Shown here: positions 19,785 to 28,860 of the stretch, one piece after another
How positions within the stretch are numbered: position 1 is the stretch's first letter
Layout of the letters: every line of letters begins with the position of its first letter
Notes under the pieces: generated by a model
Database searches by the model: none
Seen by the model: the letters and a program-made list of their open reading frames with translations, nothing else
What the model was told of the DNA's origin: nothing
Position numbers and translations under genes: made by a program
Source: an uncultured Actinomycetota bacterium
GTDB taxonomy: Bacteria > Actinomycetota > Actinomycetes > Propionibacteriales > Nocardioidaceae
Direction: 5' to 3'
DNA: 64,000 nt
Assembly: GCA_963792975.1 (NCBI GenBank)
Contig: CAWBYG010000004.1
Coordinates: 1,914,379 to 1,978,378 of the forward strand

Positions 19785-21247
19785 GTGACAAGACCAGCAC
19801 CGGATCGACGGCCACGTCGACCTCGCCCGACGCCCTGAGGCAGATCGCCCACTTCATCGAAGGGGCGCGCTGGTTCGGAGGCAAGGGCCGGGCCTCCCGC
19901 GTGACCGCCGTACGCCGTCTCGGGGTCATCGCCGACGAGGGCCCCCGCGTCGTGGTCGACCTCGTCGAGGTCACCTACGACGACGCGGCGGAAGGGTCAG
20001 GACGAACGGCCGACGTGGAGCTCTACCAGGTGCCGATGGCCCTCTACGCCGATCCCGAGCACCGCCTGGACCACGCGTTCGTCGGCTGGTGGGAAGACCC
20101 CGACGTCGGCTGGACGCACGCCTACGACGCCGTCCACGACCGCGAGGCGATGGCGTCGTACCTCCGCGCCTTCGCCTATCCGCCCGACGGACCGCTGACC
20201 TTCCACCGGCTGCCGGGCGCCCCGCTGGACCCGTCGGCGCAGTCGACGGCGTTCACCGGTGAGCAGAGCAACTCGTCGGTCGCGTTCGGCGAGGAGGCGC
20301 TGCTGAAGATCTTCCGGCGGATCACGCCGGGCACCAATCCCGACATCGAGGTGCACGAGCTGCTCACGCGGGCGGGGTCGGACAACGTCGCGGCCCTGCT
20401 GGGCTGGATCGACGTCGAGGACGAGCGCTCGACCAGCTCGACCGGCGAGCGGTTGCAGCTGGCGATGCTGCAACAGTTCCTGCGCACCGCCAGCGACGGC
20501 TGGGAGCTCGCCCTCACCAGCGTGCGCAACCTCTTCGCCGAGGCCGACCTCTTCGCCGAGGAGGTGGGCGGCGACTTCGCCGGCGAGGCCCAGCGGCTGG
20601 GCGAGGCGGTGAGCCGGATCCACACCCTGCTCGCCGAGCACTTCCCGGTCGTCGAGCGCACGGCGTCCGACTTCGCCGCCCTGGCCCGCACCATGTCCGA
20701 CCGGCTCGAGGCGGCGCTGGACGTCGTACCCGAGCTCGAGGAGTACGCACCTGCCCTGCGCGCGGCGTTCGACGCCCTCGGCGCACACTCGTCGGGCCGA
20801 GCGCAACGCATCCACGGCGACCTGCACCTCGGCCAGACGCTCCGGACCGTGAAGGGCTGGAAGATCGTCGACTTCGAGGGCGAGCCGGCCAAGGAGCTCG
20901 CCGAGCGGGTCCTGCCCGACTCCCCCTGGCGCGACGTCGCCGGCATGCTGCGCTCCTTCGACTACGCACCGCGGGTCGCGGCGATGACGGCCGCCACCGC
21001 CGACGACACCGGCTCCGAGCAGCGCGCCTTCCGGGCGGCCGAGTGGTCCGCCCGCAACCGGGCGGCCTTCGTCGAGGCGTACGCCGGTCGCGAGCTGACC
21101 GCTGACGAGCAGTCCCTGCTCAGGGCGTACGTCGCGGACAAGGCCGTGTACGAGTGCGTCTACGAGGCTCGCAACCGGCCGACCTGGCTGGAGATCCCCT
21201 TGGCCGCGTTGCACCGGATCCAGAGCGAGATCGAGGTGGAGCGATGA
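19781..21247 (+). CDS. mak: Maltokinase (Pep2/Mak)
   Basis: [42 protein letters not shown]. Confidence 0.93.
   Translation: MSDKTSTGSTATSTSPDALRQIAHFIEGARWFGGKGRASRVTAVRRLGVIADEGPRVVVDLVEVTYDDAAEGSGRTADVELYQVPMALYADPEHRLDHAFVGWWEDPDVGWTHAYDAVHDREAMASYLRAFAYPPDGPLTFHRLPGAPLDPSAQSTAFTGEQSNSSVAFGEEALLKIFRRITPGTNPDIEVHELLTRAGSDNVAALLGWIDVEDERSTSSTGERLQLAMLQQFLRTASDGWELALTSVRNLFAEADLFAEEVGGDFAGEAQRLGEAVSRIHTLLAEHFPVVERTASDFAALARTMSDRLEAALDVVPELEEYAPALRAAFDALGAHSSGRAQRIHGDLHLGQTLRTVKGWKIVDFEGEPAKELAERVLPDSPWRDVAGMLRSFDYAPRVAAMTAATADDTGSEQRAFRAAEWSARNRAAFVEAYAGRELTADEQSLLRAYVADKAVYECVYEARNRPTWLEIPLAALHRIQSEIEVER
20427..20443 (+). repeat. Degenerate REP family A copy inside mak
   Basis: GCTCGACCAGCTCGACC, encoding RSTSST. 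Confidence 0.45.
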
Positions 21248-23436
21248 GGCAGGTGCCCGCTTCCGAGATCGAGCAGCTCACCCGGGGCGAGCACGGTCAG
21301 CCCCACGCGATCCTCGGCCCCCACCTCGACGGCGACGAGGTGGGGATCCGGGTGTTCAAGCCCTTGGCCCGGTCGGTGACAGTGGTGACCTCGGACGGTA
21401 CGCGGATCCCGTTGGAGCACGAGCTGGACGGGGTCTGGGTGGGCGTGGTCTCGACAGGCTCGACCGCCGGTGGCGGCGGGGACGTGCCGGACTACCGGGT
21501 CGAGGTCGACTACGGCGAGGGCGCGATCACCGTCGACGACCCCTACCGCTTCCTGCCGACGCTGGGCGAGGTGGACCTCCACCTCGTCAACGAAGGGCGC
21601 CACGAGCTGCTCTGGACCGTGCTCGGTGCCCGCGTCCACCACTACCGATCGTCGACCGGCGACGTCTCCGGTACGTCGTTCGCGGTGTGGGCGCCGGGTG
21701 CGCGCGGCGTACGGCTGGAGGGTGACTTCAACAGCTGGGACGGCCGCGAGCAGCCGATGCGGCAGCTCGGCGAGTCCGGCGTGTGGGAGCTGTTCCTGCC
21801 CGGCGTGGGCGCGGGCGCCTGCTACAAGTACGTCATCCTCGGGGCCGACGGTCAGTGGCGCGAGAAGGCCGACCCGATGGCGTGCTACGCCGAGGTGGCG
21901 CCGGCGACGTCGAGCCGGGTCTTCGAGTCCTCGCACGAGTGGCGCGACGGCGACTGGATGGAGTCGCGGCGCAGCGGGCAGCCGGTGCACCAGCCGATGT
22001 CCGTCTACGAGGTGCACCTCGCGTCGTGGCGCAAACGCCACGGCAACGTCCTCGGCTGGGACCAGCTGATCGAGGAGCTGGTGCCGTACGTCGCGGACCT
22101 CGGCTTCAGCCATGTCGAGCTGATGCCGGTCATGCAGCACCCGTTCGGGGGCTCGTGGGGCTACCACGTGACGTCGTACTTCGCTCCGGACTCGCGCTTC
22201 GGCGACCCCGACGGATTCCGACGGCTGGTCGACGCCTTCCACCGGGCGGGCGTCGGCGTCCTGCTCGACTGGGTGCCGGGCCACTTCGCGACGGACGAGT
22301 GGGCGCTGGTGCGCTTCGACGGGACCCCCCTCTACGAGGACCCCAACCCCCAGCGCGGGTGGCACAAGGAGTGGGGCTCGCACATCTTCAACTTCGGCCG
22401 GCGCGAGGTCCGCAACTTCCTCTACGCCAACGCGCTCTACTGGCTCGAGGAGTTCCACGCCGACGGGCTGCGGGTCGACGGGGTCGCGTCGATGCTCTAC
22501 CTCGACTACGCCCGCACGGCCGGCGAGTGGTCGCCGAACATCCACGGCGGGAACGAGAACCTCGAGGCCATGCAGTTCCTGCAGGAGATGAACGCGACCG
22601 TGTACAAGCGGGTGCCGGGCAGTACGACGATCGCGGAGGAGTCGACGTCCTGGCCGGGCGTCACCCAGCCGACCTCCGGCAGCGGTCTCGGCTTCGGTTT
22701 CAAGTGGAACATGGGCTGGATGCACGACAGCCTCGACTACCTCGCGCGTGAGCCGGTGCATCGGTCGTGGCACCACAACGACCTGACCTTCGGCCTCACC
22801 TACGCGTTCACCGAGAACTTCGTGCTCCCGCTCAGCCACGACGAGGTGGTGCACGGCAAGGGCTCGCTGCTGCGCAAGATGCCCGGCGACCGCTGGCAGC
22901 AGCTGGCGACCCTGCGTGCCTACTTCGCCTTCATGTGGGCGCACCCCGGCAAGCAGCTGCTGTTCATGGGTTGCGAGCTCGGCCAGGAGTCGGAGTGGGC
23001 CGAGTCGCGCGAGCTGGACTGGTGGCTCCTCGACCACCCCGAGCACCTCGGGGTGCACCGCCTGGTCAAGGACCTCAACGCCGCCTACCGCTCCTCCCCC
23101 GCGATCTGGTCGAGAGAGAACGACCCCTCGTCGTTCGAGTGGATCGACGCCAACGACGCCGGACGCAACGTGTTCTCGTTCATCCGGCGCGGCGGCGGTG
23201 CCACGCTGGTCTGCGTCTCGAACTTCGCCTCGGTGCCCCACAGCGACTTCCGGCTCGGTCTGCCCGCCGCCGGCGAGTGGCGGGAGATCCTGAACACCGA
23301 TGCCGCGACGTACACCGGATCCGGCGTCGGCAACCTCGGGGTGGTCACCGCCCACGAGGGCGATACGAGCGGACAGCCGGCCCACGCCACCCTCGTGCTG
23401 CCGCCGCTGGCAACGATCTGGCTTCGGCAGGACTGA
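21244..23436 (+). CDS. glgB: 1,4-alpha-glucan branching enzyme
   Basis: FAVWAPGA, YEVHLASW, SWGYHVT, DWVPGHF, LRVDGVASM, LSHDEVVHGK. Confidence 0.97.
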   Translation: MRQVPASEIEQLTRGEHGQPHAILGPHLDGDEVGIRVFKPLARSVTVVTSDGTRIPLEHELDGVWVGVVSTGSTAGGGGDVPDYRVEVDYGEGAITVDDPYRFLPTLGEVDLHLVNEGRHELLWTVLGARVHHYRSSTGDVSGTSFAVWAPGARGVRLEGDFNSWDGREQPMRQLGESGVWELFLPGVGAGACYKYVILGADGQWREKADPMACYAEVAPATSSRVFESSHEWRDGDWMESRRSGQPVHQPMSVYEVHLASWRKRHGNVLGWDQLIEELVPYVADLGFSHVELMPVMQHPFGGSWGYHVTSYFAPDSRFGDPDGFRRLVDAFHRAGVGVLLDWVPGHFATDEWALVRFDGTPLYEDPNPQRGWHKEWGSHIFNFGRREVRNFLYANALYWLEEFHADGLRVDGVASMLYLDYARTAGEWSPNIHGGNENLEAMQFLQEMNATVYKRVPGSTTIAEESTSWPGVTQPTSGSGLGFGFKWNMGWMHDSLDYLAREPVHRSWHHNDLTFGLTYAFTENFVLPLSHDEVVHGKGSLLRKMPGDRWQQLATLRAYFAFMWAHPGKQLLFMGCELGQESEWAESRELDWWLLDHPEHLGVHRLVKDLNAAYRSSPAIWSRENDPSSFEWIDANDAGRNVFSFIRRGGGATLVCVSNFASVPHSDFRLGLPAAGEWREILNTDAATYTGSGVGNLGVVTAHEGDTSGQPAHATLVLPPLATIWLRQD
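21447..21465 (+). repeat. Perfect REP family A copy inside glgB
   Basis: GGTCTCGACAGGCTCGACC followed by GCCGG as in the 9111 array; encodes VSTGST in GVWVGVVSTGSTAGGGGDVPDY. Confidence 0.88.
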
Positions 23437-23652
23437 CTCCGCGCCCACCGGGCAAGGACCTCCCGACCAGCTGACGTGTGGGGTCAGCACACCGCGTCGT
23501 CCCGGCCGGACCGCGTGAGGGCGCGGTCCGGGATGAGTCCGTTTCAACAACTTTGCCGATGCCACCGGTGGCCCCGGCGAGGCACCGTCACACCCTCGGC
23601 GGTCGCGGCCCGAAGTCGCATCAGCTCATCCTCGTGAAAGGGCCACATCCAC

Positions 23653-24321
23653 ATGGGCAACTCCCGCAAGCTCCTGACCGCAGGCGCCGCCGGCGTCGCA
23701 GCGCTGGCGCTGATCGGAACCGGCGCCGGCGCCACCTTCACCGACGCCGCGCACGCGAACCGGACCATCACCGCCGGCACCATGGACGTCCGGATCTCGG
23801 ACGGCGGCGGAGGCACCGTGTCGGCGAACGGCAAGTCCGTCACCCTCTCGCCGGTCGGGCCGACCGGATCGACGTTCGAGTCGGATCACCAGGTTGTCAC
23901 CATCAAGAACTACGGCAACATCCCGGTGACCTCCGATGCGATCCAGATGACCGAGTCGCACGGCAACAACGCCAGGAACAACGCTCTCTTCGCGCAGACG
24001 TACGTCTGCATCCAGAGCACCGACTACAGCGGTGGCCCCTGGACCGAGGGCAACGGGCCCCTCGCCACAGCGGTCGCCCTGAACCCGACCGTCAAGCAGA
24101 ACCCGGTCGTCCTCCAACCGGGCGACACGCTGACCTTCTCGGTCGACTACTACGCCGGCCAGGACTCCTCGTACTGCAACGCGACCTCCAGCGACGGCAG
24201 TCACACGCGAGCAGCCTGGGACGGCTACGACGGGGGGCCGTACCACACGCCCGCCAGCCTGACCAACGCCGCGCAGGGTGGCACGATCACGCCGACCATG
24301 ACCTTCTCGTTCACCGGCTGA
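23653..24321 (+). CDS. TasA/camelysin-like secreted protein with SipW-type signal peptide
   Basis: LIGTGAGA|TFTD...ITAGTMDV pattern; beta-rich body; C-terminal NAAQGGTITPTMTFSF. Confidence 0.75.
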   Translation: MGNSRKLLTAGAAGVAALALIGTGAGATFTDAAHANRTITAGTMDVRISDGGGGTVSANGKSVTLSPVGPTGSTFESDHQVVTIKNYGNIPVTSDAIQMTESHGNNARNNALFAQTYVCIQSTDYSGGPWTEGNGPLATAVALNPTVKQNPVVLQPGDTLTFSVDYYAGQDSSYCNATSSDGSHTRAAWDGYDGGPYHTPASLTNAAQGGTITPTMTFSFTG

Positions 24322-24328
24322 TCGGCCC

Positions 24329-24372
24329 GGACGAGCTGCGGGGACCGTCCGGGCGGTCCCCGCAGCTCGTCC
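24329..24372 (+). terminator. Strong hairpin after the first TasA-like gene
   Basis: 19-bp perfect stem GGACGAGCTGCGGGGACCG / CGGTCCCCGCAGCTCGTCC. Confidence 0.75.
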
Positions 24373-24413
24373 ATCCGTCCATCTGTCCATCCGACGACAC
24401 GAGGAGTCCGGTC

Positions 24414-24959
24414 ATGACCCTTGCGCCCAAGCTGTTGATGGGTGCCGGCATCGCCGTCGCCGGGCTGGGCATGATCGGTGCCGGAGCAGGTGCCACGTTC
24501 ACGGCCCAGGTAGGAGGAAGCACATCGGTCACGACGGGCGACGTCGCACTGTCGCTCAACGGCCGGACGGGTCACGACCTCCGGCTCGACGTCGACGGGA
24601 GCAACCTCGGCACACACTTCGCGCCGATCAGCACGGACCTGCGCCTGAAGAACACCGGCACCCTGGACCTCGCGTCGACCCAGCTCAACCTCGCGGCCAC
24701 GGGTTGCGACGGAGGCGATGACGCGCCCCTGGCGCGTGCGCTGCGCGTCACGATGACCGACGTGACACACTCGAGCCAGGTGTACGACGGTGCCCTCTGC
24801 TCCGCCGACAGCCAGCGGCTCTCCCGCCCGCTCCCATCGGGCGCCTCGATCCTCTACTCGCTCGTGCTCCGGCCGAGCGACGCCGACCAGGGGCTCCCGC
24901 CGGCAGCGCAGGACTCCCGCACGTCCGTCGACATCGTCTTCACCGGATCCGACGACTGA
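24414..24959 (+). CDS. Second TasA-like secreted protein
   Basis: MIGAGAGA|TFTA...TTGDV, LKNTGTLDL, VYDG, AAQD; GAGGAG RBS. Confidence 0.72.
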   Translation: MTLAPKLLMGAGIAVAGLGMIGAGAGATFTAQVGGSTSVTTGDVALSLNGRTGHDLRLDVDGSNLGTHFAPISTDLRLKNTGTLDLASTQLNLAATGCDGGDDAPLARALRVTMTDVTHSSQVYDGALCSADSQRLSRPLPSGASILYSLVLRPSDADQGLPPAAQDSRTSVDIVFTGSDD

Positions 24960-24960
24960 C

Positions 24961-25638
24961 ATGCACGACACGCCGACAGAACGCAGCCGACCGACGGCCA
25001 CGCGGGCGGGTCGGCGGCTCCGTGGCGCGTTCAGCGGCCTGCTGCTCGCGATCGCCGTCTGCGCCCTCGCCTGGTGCGGCTACCAGACGGGCACGGGACG
25101 CTGGCATGCCACGCCCGTGTTGTCGGGCAGCATGCGCCCCGGGCTGCAACCCGGGGACATCGTCGTCACCCAGAGAGTTCCGATCAGTGACCTCCATGTC
25201 CGCGACGTGATCGTCTTCCATCCTCCAAACGAGCCACAGCAGCAGACCGTGCACCGGATCGTGAAGCTCCACGTGCGCAACGGCACGACCGTCATCACGA
25301 CGCGTGGCGACGCCAACACGATCGAAGACCCCGAGGTCACCGCCCTCCGAGGCACCACTACCTACCGAGTCGCACGGGTGGTGCCGCTGGTCGGCTATCC
25401 CGCCGTCTGGCTCTCGGGCGGACATCACGGTCTGCTCGTGGTCGGGCTCGGCGTCCTGTTGCTGATCGTGGCGGCCGTCACCGTCCTGCGCCCCGACGTC
25501 ACGCCTGACCAACCCCACCTCGACAGGCGGGAAGACGACACCGACGACGATGAGGACGCGGCAGCTCGGGAGTGCTCCGACGAGCACGACGAGAAGGTCG
25601 CGGCCTATTCCGGTCGCGCCGGTGAGCGCACGCCGTAA
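24961..25638 (+). CDS. sipW: Signal peptidase I, SipW/ER type (Ser-His)
   Basis: VLSGSMRPGLQPGD, VHRIV, TRGDAN, VPLVGY; N- and C-terminal TM segments. Confidence 0.88.
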   Translation: MHDTPTERSRPTATRAGRRLRGAFSGLLLAIAVCALAWCGYQTGTGRWHATPVLSGSMRPGLQPGDIVVTQRVPISDLHVRDVIVFHPPNEPQQQTVHRIVKLHVRNGTTVITTRGDANTIEDPEVTALRGTTTYRVARVVPLVGYPAVWLSGGHHGLLVVGLGVLLLIVAAVTVLRPDVTPDQPHLDRREDDTDDDEDAAARECSDEHDEKVAAYSGRAGERTP

Positions 25639-25771
25639 GTCGCCACGTCGTCTTTGGGTGCTGCTCCCACCCCTGGTCCTGAATGACTAGATGGCCGTCT
25701 CTCCAACGGCTTGACCGATCTCCGATCATCAGCGATCCTCATGACCTGATGATCCGGGGGGACATCTGGGG

Positions 25772-27259
25772 ATGGTCGGGGGCATGGCCTTGGGGGGAAA
25801 GTTCGCGCGCCCGCACGCCGTCGGGTTGGCCGCGTTGGCGCTGACAGGCGTGCTCGTGAGCCTGTTCGGCATCACCGGGATGACCGCCCCGCCGCCGTTG
25901 CCCGACGTGATCGCCGTGGTCCGGGCACTGGCAGCGCCTGCCTTCCTCGCGGCAGGAGTGCTCCGGCTGGCGCACTGGCACGTCACCGGGGAGTCCGACT
26001 CGGGGCCACGCGGGATCGCCCTGCTGCTCATCGGCGGTGTGTCGGTGCCGTCCGTCATGCTGGCGCGCAGTCTTTCCACCTCGGGCGAGGGCTTGGCCGT
26101 GGTCACCTGCATCCGAGCCCTGTCGGTCGGCGCGATCCTCTGCGTGATGGCGGTGGCCCTCGCCGAGGACGGGGCGCAGCGGGGGGACCTGCGCCGCAGA
26201 GCCGGCCTGGTCGCGGCGACCACCGCGGCGGTGACGGTGCTGCTTCTCACCGAGCGCGACCGGCTCCCGCTCGATCCCTCGCTCCACGCGCTGCTGACGC
26301 GTGGCCTCGCCAGCGTCCTCGCGGTCGTCTGGCTCACCCTCGCCGTCGGGGCCCTCGTGAAGGGGCGTGACACCGGCTGGGCCTGGCCCATGTCCCCACT
26401 GCTCGCCGTGATGGGGCTCGCCGAGGTCTGCCGGGTCCCCGAGCGTCCGCTGATGACGCTGCTCGCCGCGAGCCTCACGGCCGCGGTGGGTTTCGTGGTC
26501 GCGGACTCAGCGCTGATCGACCTGGTTCGCGCAGCCCAGGCCGAGCGCGCCGCCGCCGACACCCTCACCCGGGAGCTCACGGACGCTCGGACCGCGGTCT
26601 CCGACCGAGACGCCTGGCGCGCCGACCTCACCCACGACGCACGGGGCACTCTCGCCGGGATCCGTGCCGCGATCTGCACCCTCGACCGGCAGGCCGATGA
26701 GCTCGATCCGACCACGGCCGACCGCCTGCGCCAGGCGACGATGGCCGAGCTGTCGCACCTCGAGCAGTTGCTCGAGGGCGGCGATGGGGACCAGGACATC
26801 TTCGATGCGTCCGACGTCGTTCGGACCGTGACCGACGTGCGACGAGCCGCCGGCCTCCGCGTCGACGTCACGCTGTACCCGGCCTGGGTGCGCGGCGTCT
26901 CGGGCGACCTGGCGACGGTGCTGCAGAACCTCCTCGTCAACGCCCAAGAGCACGCCCCCGGCGCGGCCGTCAGGGTGGACGTACGGCCCGACGGGACACA
27001 GGCCCGGATCGTCGTCGCCGACGACGGTCCGGGGATCCCGTCCACGGCTGCCAGGTCGGCGTTCGGCCGCGGCGTTCGACGACCGGACAGCGCCGGCTCG
27101 GGACTCGGGTTGTCCATCGCCCAGGCACTCAGCCGCCGGCACGGCGGTGAGCTCGACCTGCTGCCGTCCGCCCACGGGACGACGTTCGTCATCTCCTGGC
27201 CTCTCGCCGTGCACGACAACGAAGCCGCCCCGTTCCAGCTGGAGGCGGCCTTATCGTGA
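25772..27259 (+). CDS. Multi-TM sensor histidine kinase
   Basis: Many TM segments; H-box LTHDARGTL, N-box LQNLLVNA, DDGPGI, GSGLGLSI. Confidence 0.9.
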   Translation: MVGGMALGGKFARPHAVGLAALALTGVLVSLFGITGMTAPPPLPDVIAVVRALAAPAFLAAGVLRLAHWHVTGESDSGPRGIALLLIGGVSVPSVMLARSLSTSGEGLAVVTCIRALSVGAILCVMAVALAEDGAQRGDLRRRAGLVAATTAAVTVLLLTERDRLPLDPSLHALLTRGLASVLAVVWLTLAVGALVKGRDTGWAWPMSPLLAVMGLAEVCRVPERPLMTLLAASLTAAVGFVVADSALIDLVRAAQAERAAADTLTRELTDARTAVSDRDAWRADLTHDARGTLAGIRAAICTLDRQADELDPTTADRLRQATMAELSHLEQLLEGGDGDQDIFDASDVVRTVTDVRRAAGLRVDVTLYPAWVRGVSGDLATVLQNLLVNAQEHAPGAAVRVDVRPDGTQARIVVADDGPGIPSTAARSAFGRGVRRPDSAGSGLGLSIAQALSRRHGGELDLLPSAHGTTFVISWPLAVHDNEAAPFQLEAALS

Positions 27260-27924
27260 CACCCACCACCGCAGATGAACCGGTGCGGGTACTCGTCGTC
27301 GACGACCAGCGGCTCCTCGCGGATGCCCTGTGCCTGGCCCTGCGGCGAGAGGGCCTCGAACCCGACCTCGCTCCGGTGAACGGACGCGACGAGGTGGTCA
27401 CCTTTGTGCGCGCGGACCCGCCGAGCCTGGTGCTGCTGGATCTCGACCTCGGCGGCGCGCTGGGCGACGGCACCGATCTGGTCGCGCCGTGCGTCGCCGC
27501 CGGGTCACGGGTCCTGGTGGTGACCGGCACCACGGACGAGATCTGGATCGCCGCCGCCCTGGAGCAGGGCGCCTGTGGCGCCGTCGACAAGGCCGCTCCC
27601 TTCGACCACCTGCTCGGCGTTGTCCTCTCCGCTGCACGCGGCGACACCGTGCTGGCGCCGTCCGAGCGACTTCGCCTCCTCACCCGGCTCCGCTCCCACC
27701 GCGCGTCGCGCCAGCAGGAGCTGGCGCCGTTCGAGTCGCTCACCCCACGCGAGCAGCAGGTGCTGCGGGCGCTGTCCGCCGGGCTGACCGTGCCGCGGAT
27801 CGCCGAGGCCTGGGTGGTGTCGCAGGCGACGGTGCGCTCGCAGGTGCACGCCGTCCTCTACAAGCTCTCCGTGCGGTCGCAGCTCGAGGCGGTGGCCGCA
27901 GCAAGCCGGGTCGGCTGGGTCTGA
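27256..27924 (+). CDS. LuxR/NarL-family response regulator
   Basis: VLVVDD, LLDLDL receiver; LTPREQQVL...TVRSQV HTH. Confidence 0.93.
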   Translation: MTPTTADEPVRVLVVDDQRLLADALCLALRREGLEPDLAPVNGRDEVVTFVRADPPSLVLLDLDLGGALGDGTDLVAPCVAAGSRVLVVTGTTDEIWIAAALEQGACGAVDKAAPFDHLLGVVLSAARGDTVLAPSERLRLLTRLRSHRASRQQELAPFESLTPREQQVLRALSAGLTVPRIAEAWVVSQATVRSQVHAVLYKLSVRSQLEAVAAASRVGWV

Positions 27925-27944
27925 CGGGCGCGCCTCGTGGCGGC

Positions 27945-28760
27945 TCAGGCGACGACGGGCCAGCAGACCTCGGTCGTGTGAGCGAGGAGATCGTCCTCGT
28001 CCCCGGTGGGGAGGTAACGCTCGCGGACCGGGCCCGGTGACGCCGTCGCCTGGTCGAACACCCACCGGCCGACCGCGCCGTAGGCACGGTCCAGGTCGAG
28101 CGGTGGGCCGTCGAAGGTGGTGACCGCGAGCCGGCTCGCCGGCACGTCGTACACCGTGATGCCCGAGGGCGGCACGGACGGAACCTCGGTGACCGGGACG
28201 AACGCGACCAGGTCCCCCACCTCCTCGGCGAAGAACTCGGTCGGGAACAACGCGCCGTCGGTTCCCGCTCGGGCAGCGCCGCTGACGCGGACGGCGCGAT
28301 GGAGCCGCCGGAAGGCGTCCATCCACCAGGCGACGACGTCGGCGCCGGCGACCCGGTCGCCGACGGCGAGCGTCGTGAGCACCGGCTCCTCGCGATAGGC
28401 GACGGGGAACGCAGCCTCCTCCTCGACCAGCATCCGCCGCAGGGAGTCGACGGTCGCCTGCGTCTCGTGCAACTGTGCGCTCATCTTGCCGAGGTGCTCG
28501 ACGATCACCTCGTTGCGGCTCAGCTCGTCGGGTGCCGCGAGGAACTCACGGAGCCGCTCGACCGGGAGGTCGAGGTCGCGGAAACGGCGGATCACCTGAG
28601 CGGTCGACACCTGGGAGACGTCGTAGAAGCGGTAGCCCGACGAGGGATCGATCCGGACGGGCTCGAGCAGCCCCGTCTCGTGGTAGTGCCGGAGGGTCTT
28701 CACGGACAGGAAGGTCATCCGTGAGAACTCGCCGATGCTGAGCAGCTGCCCTCTCGCCAT
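27945..28760 (-). CDS. MerR-family regulator with GyrI-like effector domain (BmrR/BltR type)
   Basis: LSIGEFSRMTFLSVKTLRHYHETGLLEP...SGYRFY; C-terminal GPVRERY...TEVCWP. Confidence 0.92.
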   Translation of the reverse strand: MARGQLLSIGEFSRMTFLSVKTLRHYHETGLLEPVRIDPSSGYRFYDVSQVSTAQVIRRFRDLDLPVERLREFLAAPDELSRNEVIVEHLGKMSAQLHETQATVDSLRRMLVEEEAAFPVAYREEPVLTTLAVGDRVAGADVVAWWMDAFRRLHRAVRVSGAARAGTDGALFPTEFFAEEVGDLVAFVPVTEVPSVPPSGITVYDVPASRLAVTTFDGPPLDLDRAYGAVGRWVFDQATASPGPVRERYLPTGDEDDLLAHTTEVCWPVVA

Positions 28761-28766
28761 GGGACC

Positions 28767-28797
28767 AGCCAACACTCTCCGGCGGGGGGAGAGTCAA
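28767..28797 (-). promoter_or_regulatory. MerR-type promoter/operator for the merR gene
   Basis: TTGACT-19 bp (CTCCCCCCGCCGGAGAGTG)-TTGGCT, then 6 nt to ATG. Confidence 0.6.
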
Positions 28798-28822
28798 TTT
28801 CGTGGTCGGTCGAGATCCGGTG

Positions 28823-28853
28823 TTGACCCTCCCCCGACCGGAGACCTGAGCGT
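28823..28853 (+). promoter_or_regulatory. MerR-type promoter/operator for the MFS gene
   Basis: TTGACC-19 bp (CTCCCCCGACCGGAGACCT)-GAGCGT, then 7 nt to ATG. Confidence 0.65.
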
Positions 28854-28860
28854 CGTTCCC

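Noticed and set aside
19796-19823. STGSTATST at the Mak N-terminus as another family A copy
   Set aside because: The peptide is similar but the DNA does not match the 19-mer.
23470-23645. c-di-AMP (ydaO) riboswitch before the TasA-like gene
   Set aside because: Only a loose resemblance (CCCGAA...TCAGCT) and one hairpin; the conserved 5' elements are not visible. An Rfam scan would settle it.
24369-24393. 8-bp TCCATC(C/T)G triplet repeat
   Set aside because: Short, low complexity and no evidence of function.
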